A DNA stretch of 64,000 bases from Verrucomicrobiota bacterium (GTDB taxonomy: Bacteria; Verrucomicrobiota; Verrucomicrobiia; Verrucomicrobiales; Verrucomicrobiaceae), in contig JAPLUN010000685.1 of NCBI GenBank assembly GCA_026397715.1, positions 77 through 64,076 of the forward strand, read 5' to 3'. This document shows, piece after piece, positions 45,804 to 57,027 of the stretch. Each line of letters opens with the position of its first letter. Positions within the stretch are counted from its first letter, which is position 1. Both the position numbers and the translations under genes were made by a program. Below the pieces are notes generated by a model. The model did no database searches and was not told where the DNA came from. It was given only the letters and a program-made list of their open reading frames with translations.

Positions 45804-46748
45804 ATGCCGATCCCCCGCTTCCTCCTTGCCCTCGCACTCTGCGTCTGCGTCGTGGCATGCAAACGTGAAGATGCGAAGCCTGCCGCGAAGCCGGATGCTG
45901 CGGCGTTTGTCGCCGACGGCGGTGGTGATGGCAGCGTGTGGGTGGTGGACGGGCCAAACGGAGGCCGCCTGTTCCTGTGCGGCACCATTCACATTTTACG
46001 CGAGAAAGACTACCCCTTGGCCCCGGCCTATGAGGCAGCGTACATGTATTCAAATAAGCTCGTCCTGGAACTGCCTCCGGGAGCGGCTTCAGGATCAGAA
46101 CTGACGAGCCGGATGTCGCAGCTCGGCCAGTATCCAGCAGACAAGTCGCTCGAGGCGAATGTGAACAAGGAAACTTGGGAGGCCGTGAAAACATGGGCCT
46201 CCAAACACGGCTTGAAGGATTCCTCATTGAACCGCTTCCGTCCGTGGTTCGTGGCCCTCATGATCACCTCCACTGAATATGCGGCTCTGGGCGCCAAGTC
46301 GGACCAGGGTGTAGACTCTTTCTTTGAGGAGCGGGCGAAGAAGGACGGCAAGCCTGCCGAAGGACTGGAGACGGTGGAGTTTCAACTCCAGCTCTTTGCC
46401 GCCCTCAGTGAAAAGCAGCAGCGTGAGCTCCTGGAGCAGACGCTGGGAGAGATCAGCTCCGTGAAAGAGGAGTTCGAAAAAATGATCAAGGCCTGGAAAT
46501 ACGGCCAGCTGGATGATCTGAAAGAGATGCTCTTTCGCGAGGCGGAGAAGTACCCCGACCTCATGAATCTTTTCCTCACCGCCCGCAATCTCTCCTGGAT
46601 GGACCGGCTGGAGCAGATGCTCAAACGTGGTGAGAAGGTGATGGTACTGGTGGGCACTGGGCATTTCACCTCAGACACCGGCCTGATCGAGCTCTTTCGA
46701 AAGCGTGGCTACCGCGTGCGGCATTACCGTGAAGTGACGGACTTCTGA
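45804..46748 (+). CDS. TraB/GumN-family protein, lipoprotein-like
   Basis: Leader ...LALALCVCVVAC. GTIHILREKDYPL motif and a C-terminal VLVGTGHF. Confidence 0.8.
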   Translation: MPIPRFLLALALCVCVVACKREDAKPAAKPDAAAFVADGGGDGSVWVVDGPNGGRLFLCGTIHILREKDYPLAPAYEAAYMYSNKLVLELPPGAASGSELTSRMSQLGQYPADKSLEANVNKETWEAVKTWASKHGLKDSSLNRFRPWFVALMITSTEYAALGAKSDQGVDSFFEERAKKDGKPAEGLETVEFQLQLFAALSEKQQRELLEQTLGEISSVKEEFEKMIKAWKYGQLDDLKEMLFREAEKYPDLMNLFLTARNLSWMDRLEQMLKRGEKVMVLVGTGHFTSDTGLIELFRKRGYRVRHYREVTDF

Positions 46749-46755
46749 GCAAGCC

Positions 46756-47727
46756 TCACAAAAGCCGCAGCCGGGTCAGATCCTGCGTATCGACCATGCC
46801 CACGGGTTTGCCCGATTCATCGACCACCACGATGTCGTCGATGCGGTTTTTCTCGAGCGTAGCGAGAACCTCGGCAGCGAGTTTGATGGCCTGAATGCTC
46901 ACCGGGCGCGGCGTCATGTACTCATTCACCGGCTTGTCCGCGATGGCGTTGTTCTTCTGAAAAGCACGGACAAAGTCCCCATGCGTGAAGACGCCGGCGA
47001 GAGTGCCGTCCGGATGCGTCACAATGGCGGCACCGCTGCGCGCGCGGGTCATCGCCTGGAGGGCCTCGCGCACGGTCGTTTCCGGCTGGATGACCGCGAG
47101 TTGCTCTCCGCTGCGCATGACATCGCTCACGCGCGTGAGCAGGGCGCGGCCCAGCGAGCCGCCGGGGTGCAGTTTCGCGAAGTCCTCGGATTGAAAGCCC
47201 CGCGCTTCCAGCAAAGCCATGGCCAGCGCATCACACAAGACCAGCATCGTCGTGGTGCTGGAGGTCGGGGCCAGATTCAGCGGGCAGGCTTCCTGCGTGA
47301 CGTGCACATCGAGCACCACGTCCGCATTCCTGGCCAGCGTGGACTGCATGCCGCCGGTGATGGCGATGATCGGGATGTCAAAGCGCTTCAAATGCGGCAG
47401 CAGGTCCAGCAGTTCGGTCGTTTCACCGCTGTAGCTGAGCATGATCGCCAGATCACCCGGATCGATCACCCCGAGATCGCCATGCAGCGCATCCCCGACA
47501 TTGAGCAGCACGGTGGTGGCCCCGGTGCTGTTGAGCGTGGCTGCAAGCTTGCGGCCGATGTTGCCGCTTTTTCCCACGCCACAGACGATCAGTTTGCCCC
47601 GCTGGCGGACCCCCGAGAGCAGAAGTTCGATGGCCCGGGCGAACGATTCGTCAATGCGCGCATGCAACCGCTGCAGCTCGTCGATTTCGAGCTGGATCAC
47701 GCGGCGGGCTTTTTCGGGGTAATTCAT
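46756..47727 (-). CDS. KpsF/GutQ-family arabinose-5-phosphate isomerase (SIS + tandem CBS)
   Basis: GKLIVCGVGKSG SIS motif and two CBS-like repeats at the C-terminus. Confidence 0.9.
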   Translation of the reverse strand: MNYPEKARRVIQLEIDELQRLHARIDESFARAIELLLSGVRQRGKLIVCGVGKSGNIGRKLAATLNSTGATTVLLNVGDALHGDLGVIDPGDLAIMLSYSGETTELLDLLPHLKRFDIPIIAITGGMQSTLARNADVVLDVHVTQEACPLNLAPTSSTTTMLVLCDALAMALLEARGFQSEDFAKLHPGGSLGRALLTRVSDVMRSGEQLAVIQPETTVREALQAMTRARSGAAIVTHPDGTLAGVFTHGDFVRAFQKNNAIADKPVNEYMTPRPVSIQAIKLAAEVLATLEKNRIDDIVVVDESGKPVGMVDTQDLTRLRLL

Positions 47728-47834
47728 GGGCCGGAACTGTTAGGCGGGGACTGAGATGCATCAACCAAGTGCTTGAGCCCGTGACACTTCCCCGCCATGA
47801 TTGCCCAAGCTCCTTCTGAATTGTTATTTAATCA

Positions 47835-48863
47835 ATGACCTCTGGCTCCACCGGTTCTCACCGCGCCTTCATGGGTGTTTGCATCACCCTGTGCGTCATC
47901 CTGTCGCTGACACTTTACGTAGGATGGAAATTCTATTTCTTCAATGTCGCCAATCGCAACAGCCTGATCGAAAAGGCCCAAAGCGCCGAGAAGAAAGCCC
48001 AGGATCTGGAAAAGCTGGGGATCTCCTTTGAGCCGGCCCATACCGCCCCCCCCACTACTTCGGTGCTGCCCAAACTCACGACCAGCAGTGAGACCGCCCC
48101 CCCAATCAAACCCACAGTTCCTTCAGCCACCTCCACTCTGGCATACTCCCCCAGTCAGAATGCTTCACTGCATCCTGCGGAATCCAGCATCAAGGAGCTG
48201 CCTCTGCTGGAGTCCAGTGATGAAGTGGTTCAGGCATTGCAGTTGCTGGACCAGTATTGGAAAACGGAGTCTTGGAAGGATCGCGTTCCGCTGGTGGCCC
48301 ATTCTGAGCGGGTCGCCACTTTGATGAAGGATTACTATGAAGTGCAGGGCGCCTCAGATCCCTCGCCAGGCGCGTTGGTCAGCAAGGCGCGTTATCAGAT
48401 CAATGGCACTGAAATTCTTTACCTGAGCTATGCCAGCAACCGGCCCACGGGCTCGTTGGAAATCGCCATGCTGCGGGGTCCGCAGGGGAAATTCCTGGTC
48501 GACTGGGAAAGCCTCACCGGATATGGCGAGATGTCTTTCCAGGAGTTGCGCACCAAACGCCCCACCAAGCCAGTGCTGATGCGGTCATATGTGCGCTTGT
48601 TTGAGTACTACAATTACGAGTTCTCCGACTCTAAAAAATACCTGTGCATCAAGCTGCTGTCAGAGAGCGGCGACAATTCGGTGTACGCTTATTGTGAACG
48701 TGGCACCCCGCTGGCGCAGTGGATGGAGAGAGACCTCGCCAGCACCGGGCCTACAGGCTTCAAAGGTTACACCATGCTGATATCCTTTCCTCCAGACGCC
48801 CAGTCAAACCAGTGCGTGATTCTGGACAAAGTCGTGACACAGCGCTGGCTCAGCCTGCCCTAA
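47835..48863 (+). CDS. Hypothetical single-pass membrane protein with Ser/Thr/Pro-rich linker
   Basis: 342-aa ORF: TM helix (GVCITLCVILSLTLYVGW), an STP-rich stretch, then a globular C-terminal domain. No family recognised. Confidence 0.55.
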   Translation: MTSGSTGSHRAFMGVCITLCVILSLTLYVGWKFYFFNVANRNSLIEKAQSAEKKAQDLEKLGISFEPAHTAPPTTSVLPKLTTSSETAPPIKPTVPSATSTLAYSPSQNASLHPAESSIKELPLLESSDEVVQALQLLDQYWKTESWKDRVPLVAHSERVATLMKDYYEVQGASDPSPGALVSKARYQINGTEILYLSYASNRPTGSLEIAMLRGPQGKFLVDWESLTGYGEMSFQELRTKRPTKPVLMRSYVRLFEYYNYEFSDSKKYLCIKLLSESGDNSVYAYCERGTPLAQWMERDLASTGPTGFKGYTMLISFPPDAQSNQCVILDKVVTQRWLSLP

Positions 48864-48870
48864 AACGCCA

Positions 48871-48898
48871 ACACCGTCAGGCATGGCGGTGTGCTTTT
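48871..48898. terminator. Possible bidirectional stem-loop terminator between convergent genes
   Basis: ACACCG (48871-76) pairs with CGGTGT (48887-92) around a 10-nt loop, followed by GCTTTT on the plus strand and GTTTT on the minus strand. Weak stem. Confidence 0.3.
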
Positions 48899-48917
48899 AA
48901 ACGAACGCCCCAAAGGC

Positions 48918-49151
48918 TTATTCGCCGTCGCGACCGATCGCTTCCACCGGGCAGCCGGTAAGAGCTTCTTCACAAAGTGCGCGCTCCTCATCCGATTCAG
49001 GCTGCTTGTAGAGGAACGAATGACCGCCATCGTCGTCACGCTTGAAGTTTGCAGGAGCCGTTTCGCGGCAGAGGTCGCAGTCAATGCACTGGTCATCAAC
49101 GTAGTAAGCTCCGGAAGCGTTTTGGGCGTATTTGTTTGCAGCGTCAGCCAT
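48918..49151 (-). CDS. Small ferredoxin (single [4Fe-4S]/[3Fe-4S]-type)
   Basis: 77 aa. YYVDDQCIDCDLCRETAP ... CPVEAI cluster-binding pattern. Confidence 0.8.
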   Translation of the reverse strand: MADAANKYAQNASGAYYVDDQCIDCDLCRETAPANFKRDDDGGHSFLYKQPESDEERALCEEALTGCPVEAIGRDGE

Positions 49152-49322
49152 GGGGGTCAGGGAAAGTAAGGGGCATTGATAGTAGTTCCCACCCCCGGGG
49201 TTTCAAACGGTTTTTTGCCTGCCCGCCCCCTCCCCGCTCCCCCTTTGACAGAGTCTTTACAATAAAAGCTCGCTTCAGCCGTGATGCTCGCCGCATCATT
49301 CACCCCAATCCGCTTTCCAGCC

Positions 49323-52300
49323 ATGAAATCGCTCGTCCTCGCCCTCTTGCTGCCTCTCACGGCCCTTGCCGAAAATGAAATCGGCTTCATCGAGCGCTTC
49401 GCCCTCGCTGCCGACCGCGAAAAAGCCCTCGGCGAGCTCGTTCCCGGCTCGGAGGAATACTATTTCTTCCACGCTCTCCATTACCAAAACGTCCGCGACA
49501 GCGCCAGACTCAATCAAATCCTCAATCAGTGGCGTGAACGCGTCCCTGACGAAAACGAAGCACGCCGCATCATCCTCAATCGAGAGGCCATCCTGGATTA
49601 TGAACGCGATCCCCAGGCCACGCTGAAATATCTCATCGAGCGCCTGGGCATTCGTCACGACCACCAGCAGGAGGTTCGTGATCAAAAGCCAAACCTCCCC
49701 ACGCAGCTTGATCCCACCAAAATCAGCCGTGAAATCTTCCTCCTCGATACACTGAAACATGATGGCGGATTTGAAACACTCTCTCAGGACGCTCTCGCCT
49801 CCCTCATTCGTGATCAGGTACAGCTCTCGGCTTTTCAACGCCGCAGCGTGCTCAGCAAGCTCGAACGCCCCGATGTGCCCAATCTCGTGCAGGCCATCAT
49901 TGCCGACCTTCAGGCGGACAAATCACGCACCTTCGGCTCTTTGCCCATTCATCGCGCCCTGCTGCCGGAGCAGCTGGATTCACTGCTGCAAACCTTCCCT
50001 CAGTGGCTCAGCCAGCAGGCTTTTGTTTACGCCCGCCTGCGCAAGCTGGCCCCCAGTGCGGATGTGAACCTGGAATACGACGACGCTGAGCGCGCCGCCT
50101 GGCTCGACCGCGTGTGGGCCTTCGCACAAAACCTGCCGCCCTCCCAAAACACCCTCAAGGCCCGCATCCTCTACCTCCGCCTGGACCATGACCGCAAGCA
50201 CGGCGTGTATGACCGCGCCCGCTTCATTGAATACCTCAAGCTCCCGCGCCAGCAGGACTACATCAACTACACCTACATCAAAGACGTCATCCCCGGCGAA
50301 CTCTCAGACCTCAACGCCGACCTCAGCGAGCCATTGCTGCTTTCCCTGCCCCTCAGCACGGACGAGCCGCTCGTCCGCGAGTACTTCCTCCACCTCTTTG
50401 CTGCCGAGGTGAAGCCCGATTCCGATCCCAACGACGTCCTCGCGCAATGGACCACGTACATAGCCGAAGAATGGCTCACCCCTGTCCTGGCAGAGGCGCT
50501 TATCACCCACCGCATCGGCTCCCCGGAGCATTGGGCCTCGCTGATCACACCCACCCAATTCCAGCAGCTCAAGGACCGTGTCGACATCGAGTTTCCCGCC
50601 ACGAATACACCCCAGTTCTCACCCGGCGATGACATCCAGTTCGACGTCACCGTCAAAAACACACCAAAGCTCATCGTGAAGATCTTTGAGCTGAACACGC
50701 TCAATTTCTTTCAGACCCAGCAGCGCCAGCTCAATACCGATCTCAATCTCGACGGCCTCGTGGCCAACAGCGAGCAGACCCACGCTTTCGAGGGCGGCCC
50801 GTTCGCACGCACGCGGCAGACTTTCAAATTCCCCGAGCTCAAAGGCAAACGCGGCGCATGGATCATCGAGTTCATCGGCGGCGGCCGCAGCAGCCGCGCC
50901 CTCATTCGCACCGGTCAGTTCCACGTTCTGCAGCAAACCGGCCCCAGCGGCGATCTCATCCTCGTCCTCGATGAAAAGCACCAGCCCGTGAACGATGCCG
51001 TGGCGTGGTTTGAAGGCCGCAAACTGACGCGCGATGAAAAAATCGGACGCATCGTCATTCCGTTCACGAATCAACCCGGCACGAAGAATCTTGTCATTGG
51101 GGATGCCGGGGGCAGCTTCGCCACCCTCACATCCTTCACCCATCATGCTGAGGACTACCGCCTCGATGCCCAGTTCCACATCGAACGCGAGCAGCTTCTA
51201 GCCCGCCGCGAAGCCACCCTGGCAGTGCGCACTGCATTGATGATTGGAGAGGTGCACCTCGCCCCGGAATTCCTCACCGAACCGAAGCTCACCATCACCA
51301 GCACCACGCTGGATGGCATCTCCACCACTCGCGAAGTCAAAGACCTCAAGCTCAGCGCCGGCAGCGACCTCACGCACACGCTCACCGTCCCCGAACGCCT
51401 CGCCTCACTCACCGTGGCCTTCACTGCCAAGGTGGATGTTGTCAGCGCCGGAGGGACGAAAAAAGACCTCACCGCCAGCCACACCTGGACGCTCAACGGC
51501 ATCGATAAAACGGAAGCCGTCAACGACGGCCACCTCAGCACCTTTGATGGCCAGCGTGTCTTCGAACTCCTCGGCAAAAACGGCGAACCCATCGCCGATC
51601 AACAGGTCATTTTCACGTTCAAGCACCAAGACTTCAATCGTCCCCAGGTCATCCCGATGCGCACCGATGCCCGAGGCCGCGTGAACCTCGGCAAACTCAC
51701 CAGCATCGAATCCGTCGCCGCCAAAATCCCCAATGGCCGTCAGACACTCTGGCCGCAGCTCGATGCTGAGGACACGCTCTCCACCACCATTCACGCCAAG
51801 GAAGGCGAAACCATTCGCGTCCCCATTCATGATACCGGCAGTCTTCCGGCCTCACTCCTTGCTCAGACATCCGGCACCTTCACCGCAGACCTTGCAGCAC
51901 TCCTCAAAACGGAAAACGGTTTCCTCACCATCAGCGGTCTCACACCAGGCGATTACTCACTGAAAATCCCCGACCAGCCGCTGATCACACTCAAGGTCAC
52001 TCAAGGCGAAACCCTCGGCGGCTGGGTGCTTGGCAAGCACCGCCAGCTTGAACTCAAAGGCAACACACCGCTGCACATCCTCAGCATCGAAAACGGCCAG
52101 GAATTCATCACCGTCAAACTCTCCAACAGCAGTCCCTTCGCACGCGTTCATTTTGCTGCATCGCGCTTCGATCCCGGCAGCGGCATCTTCGGCGGCCTCG
52201 CTGGTTTCACTCGATTCGGCGCCGCCTCTGGCACTCCCGCTAGAAACCCAAATCTCTACTCCGCTGGCCGTGAGATCGGCGATGAGTACCGCTACATCCT

Positions 52301-55300
52301 CGAACGCCGCTACGCCAAGCTCTTCCCTGGCAACATGCTCACCCGCCCCGGCCTGCTGCTGAATCCTTGGGAGATCCGCAGCACCGACCTCGACGAACTC
52401 GCTCAGCTCGGAGGCCAGTCCGCTGCCATGACTCGCGGAGGTGCCGCTGGCGTTGCCAACGATGCCGATAAAATGGCAGCGAAGAAAATGAAAGCCCAAA
52501 GCGGGCCGCAAGGCGGCACCAATCTCGACTTCCTCGATTCATCCTCACCGGTCATCTATAATCTTGTGCCCGACAAAGACGGCGTCGTCCGCATCGAACG
52601 CAAAGCCCTCGGCGACCGCCAGCACGTCCAGATTTACGCCGAAGACCTGCAAAACGCCTCCTGGCGCACGCTCACGCTGCCAGAGGCTCCCACCAAGTTC
52701 GCCGATCAACGCCTCGCACGAAATCTTGATCCCAAGACACCCTTCACGCAGAAAAAAGAAATCACTGTGCTCGAAACCGGCAAGGCCCTCACCCTCGCCG
52801 ACATCCTCACCAGCGAACTCGAAACCTACGACACAATCGGTGGCATCCACTCGCTGTTCACCACGCTCAGCCATGACGGCCATCTGGCCGAATTCGCTTG
52901 GCTGCTGAACTGGCCCAAGCTCAATGAAGATGAGAAGCGCGCCAAATACGGTGAGTTCGCCTGCCATGAACTGAACTTCTTCCTCTTCCGCAAAGACAAG
53001 CCTTTCTTCGATGCCGTGGCGAAACCCTATCTCGCCAACAAGAAGGACAAGACCTTCATGGATGAGTACCTCCTCGACCTCGATCTCGCCCCATATCTGG
53101 AACCCTGGGCCTACGCCCGCCTCAACATCGTCGAGCGCATCCTGCTCGCTCAGCGCATTAAAAACGAAGCTCCGAATGCCGCACGTCATGTCCGCGAGCT
53201 ATGGGAGATGATTCCACCGAATCCTGAACAGCAAGATTACCTCTTTGAAACGTCACTGCGCGGTCGGGCGATGGAATTTTCAGACGCGGCGGCCAGCGGG
53301 GACCTGGAAAAAGCAAAAACACAAGCTGCACTTGCAGCTCCACCCCCACCACCGATGTCGCCGATGCCAGCAGCGGCGGCAGCTCCTGCAGATGCTTTTG
53401 CCGCGCCGTCACCAGCAATGGGATCTGGAAATCTCGGCAATAGCAGCGAAGCCAAGCCTGGAAACCGCAGAAACGACCGCTCCCTGACCGCCGTCGAACT
53501 CCAACGGCTACCTGCGATGAAAAACGCCGCTCTCGACATGCCCAAGGAAATGGCTGCCCTCGGCCAAGAACGACAAGAAGCGCTGCGTAAATCAGGAGCA
53601 GGTGGCTGGGCATTGAGCGGTGCCAACACCTACACAGGCGCAACCACCATCAATGCGGGAACACTCCTCTATTTCGACGCTGGATCTGTCAAAGATTCGC
53701 AGCAGCAGGTTCGCATCTTCTTCCGCGCCCTAGGTCCCACCAAAGAATGGGCGGAGAACAACTACTACAAGCTGCACATCACAGACCAGACCGCCGACCT
53801 CGTCACCGTGAACGCCTTCTGGCGCGATTATGCTGCCTGGGTGGCCGCTGGGTCCAAGGGCGGCTTTGTCTCTTCCAACGTCGCCGAGGCCAGCCGCAAT
53901 TTCACCGAGATGATGCTCGCGCTCGCCGTGCTTGACCTTCCCTTTGAGGCTCCCAAGCACAGCACTAAGGCTGACAATGGAAAGTTCACTTTCACCGCAG
54001 GCGGCCCCTGCATCGTGTATCACAAAGAGATCAAGCCCGCCGTTGTCGAAAACAACGCACAAGGCCAGCTCCTCGTCTCCCAAAGCTTCTTCCGCCAGAG
54101 CGACCGCTACCGCATGGAGGGGAATGAGAAGTTCGAAAAATACGTCACCACCGAATTCCTCGCCGGTGCGACGTATGGCGCAAACATCGTCGTCACCAAT
54201 CCCACCAGCAGCCCGGTGAAGGCCGTGGTTCTGCTGCAGATCCCGCAGGGCGCATTGCCTGTGCTCGGCAGCAAGGCCACCGACTCTCGCCAGATTCGGC
54301 TGGAGCCTTACACCACGCAGACGTTCGAGTATCACTTCTACTTCCCTCTCGTGCCCGCCAAGGCAGGCCTCAAGTTCGCGCACTTCCCTGTCAACGTCGC
54401 CACCAGCACCAGCACGGCAGGCGCAAAACCGTTTGAGTTCAATGTCGTGCCGAAACTCACCGAGGTAGACAAAGCTTCGTGGGACTATGTCTCGCAATAC
54501 GGCAGTGATGCGGAAGTCTTCACCTTCCTTGAGCAAAACAATCTCGAAAGCCTCGACATGGAGCGCATCGCCTGGCGTTGCCGTCAGAGTGGAGACTTCT
54601 ACAAGAAGCTCATCGATTTTATGCGCCAGCATCACTTCTATGATGCCGACATCTACAGCTATGCTTTTCTCCACAATGATCCCATCGCTTTGCGGGAATG
54701 GCTGAAGCTTTATGGCTTCGCAGATCAATGCGGTCCGTATTTCATCAGCAAGCTCCTTACCCTCGACCCCATCGAACGCCGCAGCTACGAGCAGCTCGAA
54801 TACTCCCCGCTCGTCAATCAGCGCGCCCACCGCGTCGGCAACGAGTGGCGCATCGCCAATCCAGCAGTGCTGGAGCAGTACACCAAGTTCCTCGACATCC
54901 TCGCTCACAAGCCGCAGCTCGATGCCATGGACAACCTGAGTGTAGCCTACTTCCTCTTCCTGCAAGACCGCGTGGAAGAGGCTCTGGCACGCTTCAAGTC
55001 CATCGACGCCGCCAAGCTTCCCACCAAGATCCAGCACGACTACTTCCAGTGCTACGCCGCCTTCTATGAAGGCGATCTCGCCGCCGCACGCGGCCTCGCC
55101 GCAAAGTATGCCGATCATCCCGTGCCACGCTGGAAGCTGCTCTTTGCAGATGTGGCCACTCAGCTTGAAGAAATCGAAGGCAAGACCGCAAAGACCGAAA
55201 AAGGCGACAAGCCCGATCGCGAAAAACAGCAGGCCGAACTCGCCGCCACCGAGCCCGGCTTTGACTTCAAAGTCGAAAACAAGACCATCGCCCTCACCTG

Positions 55301-55904
55301 GAAAAACCTCGGAGAAGTCACGCTGAACTACTACCTCATGGACCCCGAGTTCAGCTTCAGCAGCAATCCCTTTGTAAGTCAGGATGCCGGACGCTTCAGC
55401 ATCATCAAGCCGAACAAAACATCCACACAAGCGTTGCCGAAGGATCAAACCACGCTCGATCTGGCGCTGCCCGCCGAATTCGCCAAGGCGAACGTGCTCG
55501 TCGAAGTCCTCGGAGCAGGACTGCGCAAGACCCAGGCCTACCATGCCAACACCTTGAAGCTCACACTCTCCGAAAACTACGGCCGCCTCGAAACTCGCGA
55601 CTCCACCACCGACAAACCGCTGCCCAAGGCCTACGTCAAAGTGTACGCACGCCTGAACAACGGCACCGTGCGCTTCTTCAAGGACGGCTACACTGACCTG
55701 CGCGGCCGCTTTGACTACGCCAGCCTCAACGGCCCCGAAAATGCATCACCACAACCGACGCCCTATGAAGCCCCACCCGCCAACGGCCTCGACTACCAGA
55801 TGCTCAAGCCTGCCGAGCTGAGCAATGTCGAAAAAATCGCCATCCTGATCCTCAGCGACACCCACGGCGCAACGGTGAAGGAAGTGAACCCACCCGGGAG
55901 GTAG
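49323..55904 (+). CDS. Giant secreted protein of unknown function (2,193 aa)
   Basis: Uninterrupted ORF with native codon usage. Signal peptide [16 protein letters not shown] from the ATG at 49323. Repeated beta-sandwich-like modules, a P/A-rich linker with one PATR-like repeat (53595-53672), and a carboxypeptidase-regulatory-like C-terminal module. Confidence 0.85.
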   Translation: MKSLVLALLLPLTALAENEIGFIERFALAADREKALGELVPGSEEYYFFHALHYQNVRDSARLNQILNQWRERVPDENEARRIILNREAILDYERDPQATLKYLIERLGIRHDHQQEVRDQKPNLPTQLDPTKISREIFLLDTLKHDGGFETLSQDALASLIRDQVQLSAFQRRSVLSKLERPDVPNLVQAIIADLQADKSRTFGSLPIHRALLPEQLDSLLQTFPQWLSQQAFVYARLRKLAPSADVNLEYDDAERAAWLDRVWAFAQNLPPSQNTLKARILYLRLDHDRKHGVYDRARFIEYLKLPRQQDYINYTYIKDVIPGELSDLNADLSEPLLLSLPLSTDEPLVREYFLHLFAAEVKPDSDPNDVLAQWTTYIAEEWLTPVLAEALITHRIGSPEHWASLITPTQFQQLKDRVDIEFPATNTPQFSPGDDIQFDVTVKNTPKLIVKIFELNTLNFFQTQQRQLNTDLNLDGLVANSEQTHAFEGGPFARTRQTFKFPELKGKRGAWIIEFIGGGRSSRALIRTGQFHVLQQTGPSGDLILVLDEKHQPVNDAVAWFEGRKLTRDEKIGRIVIPFTNQPGTKNLVIGDAGGSFATLTSFTHHAEDYRLDAQFHIEREQLLARREATLAVRTALMIGEVHLAPEFLTEPKLTITSTTLDGISTTREVKDLKLSAGSDLTHTLTVPERLASLTVAFTAKVDVVSAGGTKKDLTASHTWTLNGIDKTEAVNDGHLSTFDGQRVFELLGKNGEPIADQQVIFTFKHQDFNRPQVIPMRTDARGRVNLGKLTSIESVAAKIPNGRQTLWPQLDAEDTLSTTIHAKEGETIRVPIHDTGSLPASLLAQTSGTFTADLAALLKTENGFLTISGLTPGDYSLKIPDQPLITLKVTQGETLGGWVLGKHRQLELKGNTPLHILSIENGQEFITVKLSNSSPFARVHFAASRFDPGSGIFGGLAGFTRFGAASGTPARNPNLYSAGREIGDEYRYILERRYAKLFPGNMLTRPGLLLNPWEIRSTDLDELAQLGGQSAAMTRGGAAGVANDADKMAAKKMKAQSGPQGGTNLDFLDSSSPVIYNLVPDKDGVVRIERKALGDRQHVQIYAEDLQNASWRTLTLPEAPTKFADQRLARNLDPKTPFTQKKEITVLETGKALTLADILTSELETYDTIGGIHSLFTTLSHDGHLAEFAWLLNWPKLNEDEKRAKYGEFACHELNFFLFRKDKPFFDAVAKPYLANKKDKTFMDEYLLDLDLAPYLEPWAYARLNIVERILLAQRIKNEAPNAARHVRELWEMIPPNPEQQDYLFETSLRGRAMEFSDAAASGDLEKAKTQAALAAPPPPPMSPMPAAAAAPADAFAAPSPAMGSGNLGNSSEAKPGNRRNDRSLTAVELQRLPAMKNAALDMPKEMAALGQERQEALRKSGAGGWALSGANTYTGATTINAGTLLYFDAGSVKDSQQQVRIFFRALGPTKEWAENNYYKLHITDQTADLVTVNAFWRDYAAWVAAGSKGGFVSSNVAEASRNFTEMMLALAVLDLPFEAPKHSTKADNGKFTFTAGGPCIVYHKEIKPAVVENNAQGQLLVSQSFFRQSDRYRMEGNEKFEKYVTTEFLAGATYGANIVVTNPTSSPVKAVVLLQIPQGALPVLGSKATDSRQIRLEPYTTQTFEYHFYFPLVPAKAGLKFAHFPVNVATSTSTAGAKPFEFNVVPKLTEVDKASWDYVSQYGSDAEVFTFLEQNNLESLDMERIAWRCRQSGDFYKKLIDFMRQHHFYDADIYSYAFLHNDPIALREWLKLYGFADQCGPYFISKLLTLDPIERRSYEQLEYSPLVNQRAHRVGNEWRIANPAVLEQYTKFLDILAHKPQLDAMDNLSVAYFLFLQDRVEEALARFKSIDAAKLPTKIQHDYFQCYAAFYEGDLAAARGLAAKYADHPVPRWKLLFADVATQLEEIEGKTAKTEKGDKPDREKQQAELAATEPGFDFKVENKTIALTWKNLGEVTLNYYLMDPEFSFSSNPFVSQDAGRFSIIKPNKTSTQALPKDQTTLDLALPAEFAKANVLVEVLGAGLRKTQAYHANTLKLTLSENYGRLETRDSTTDKPLPKAYVKVYARLNNGTVRFFKDGYTDLRGRFDYASLNGPENASPQPTPYEAPPANGLDYQMLKPAELSNVEKIAILILSDTHGATVKEVNPPGR

Positions 55905-55924
55905 ATTCATCTGCGATGAGAGAA

Positions 55925-55952
55925 TGCGCCTTTTTCGAGCGTGAAGAAGGCG
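55925..55952 (+). promoter_or_regulatory. Intercistronic stem-loop between the giant gene and the MBL hydrolase gene
   Basis: GCGCCTTTTTC (55925-35) pairs with GAAGAAGGCGC (55942-52): 11 bp with one G-U and a 6-nt loop. No U-tract follows. Confidence 0.4.
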
Positions 55953-55963
55953 CTTCACCCATC

Positions 55964-57013
55964 ATGAAATCCATCCTCGCCGCCCTGCTTGCCTGTACCC
56001 TCACTCTTTCCGCGCGTGACAAAACGCTCGACATCTACTGGATCGACTCCGAAGGCGGCGGCTCGACCCTGCTCGTGACGCCAGCGGGTGAGTCGGTGCT
56101 CATCGACACCGGCAATCCCGGTGGACGCGATCCGCAGCGCATCAAGAAAGTCGCAACGGAACAGGCGAAGCTCACGCGCATTGATCACGTCATCATCACG
56201 CACTTTCATGCCGATCACTTCGGCGGTCTGGCTGAACTGGCGGAACTGATGCCGGTCGGCACACTCTACGACAAAGGCATCCCCGATGGCAGTCCAGACG
56301 GCAAGGCCCAGGACATGCGCTGGACGCTGACAAGCCGCCCGTATCGCGATGCCAAGGTGGAAAAGCGCGTCACACTGTCGGCAGGTGCCGTCGTGCCACT
56401 CAAGCAAGCGGAAGGCAGCCCAAAGCTCACGCTCCGCTGCCTGGGCGCAAATCAGCAGTTCATCCCGCCCTATCCCGACCAGCCCGAAAACCCGCTCAAG
56501 GGTTCAGTTCCACCCAAAGCAGCCGACCCAACTGACAACGCCAACAGCGTGGTGATGCTGCTGCAATTCGGCAACTTCCGCTTCTTTGATGGCGGCGATC
56601 TGTCATGGAATGTCGAAGAAAAACTCGTCTCTCCATTCAATCTCGTCGGCACCGTCGATCTATATCAAGTAAACCATCACGGCCTGGATGTGAGCAACAA
56701 CCCCATGCTCATTCACAGCCTCCAGCCCACAGTTTCGGTCATGAACAACGGCCCCCGCAAGGGCACCAGCAAGTCCGCCATGGACGCCCTCAAATCGACC
56801 CCGACGATCCAGGCCATGTATCAGGTGCATGAGAACGTCCGCGACGATCATGAGAACACAGCGGACAAGACCATGATCGCCAACCATGGAGATCTGGCCG
56901 AAGGCTGCGCCGCAGAGCACATTCACTGCACCGTCAGTGCCGATGGGAAAAGCTACAGCGTTGAGGTGCCTTCACAGAAACACAGCCGCACTTTCCAAAC
57001 GCGCGAAAAATAG
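55964..57013 (+). CDS. MBL-fold metallo-hydrolase, secreted
   Basis: Signal peptide [31 protein letters not shown] (HxHxDH) and a later VNHHG. Confidence 0.85.
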   Translation: MKSILAALLACTLTLSARDKTLDIYWIDSEGGGSTLLVTPAGESVLIDTGNPGGRDPQRIKKVATEQAKLTRIDHVIITHFHADHFGGLAELAELMPVGTLYDKGIPDGSPDGKAQDMRWTLTSRPYRDAKVEKRVTLSAGAVVPLKQAEGSPKLTLRCLGANQQFIPPYPDQPENPLKGSVPPKAADPTDNANSVVMLLQFGNFRFFDGGDLSWNVEEKLVSPFNLVGTVDLYQVNHHGLDVSNNPMLIHSLQPTVSVMNNGPRKGTSKSAMDALKSTPTIQAMYQVHENVRDDHENTADKTMIANHGDLAEGCAAEHIHCTVSADGKSYSVEVPSQKHSRTFQTREK

Positions 57014-57027
57014 CGGCTGCACACACC

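Noticed and set aside
43072-46227. Two long minus-strand ORFs (494 and 469 aa) over the M14-like and DUF1501 genes
   Set aside because: Both are Arg/His/Ala-rich shadow ORFs. The plus-strand genes have family motifs and signal peptides.
42991-46748. G-ending rather than C-ending synonymous codon preference in some genes (M14-like, DUF1501-3, 58787-59739, 62181-63389) as evidence of horizontal transfer
   Set aside because: Overall GC is unchanged. The pattern may simply track expression level, since the arg operon and the giant gene are C-ending. It cannot be quantified reliably by eye.
49245-49263. TTGACA ... TACAAT, which resembles a sigma70 promoter upstream of the giant gene
   Set aside because: The spacer is only 7 nt, against an expected ~17, so the two hexamers cannot act together as a canonical promoter.
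53730-55544. A 604-aa ORF antisense to the 3' part of the giant gene
   Set aside because: The composition is that of a shadow ORF (Gly/Ala/Glu/Val/Leu-rich and repetitive). The sense strand has the native C-ending codon bias and continues a 6.6-kb ORF.
49323-55904. Giant protein as an alpha-2-macroglobulin or an autotransporter
   Set aside because: I saw no CxEQ thioester motif or bait-like region. There is only one PATR unit, and the C-terminus is a soluble-looking beta-sandwich rather than a translocator barrel.
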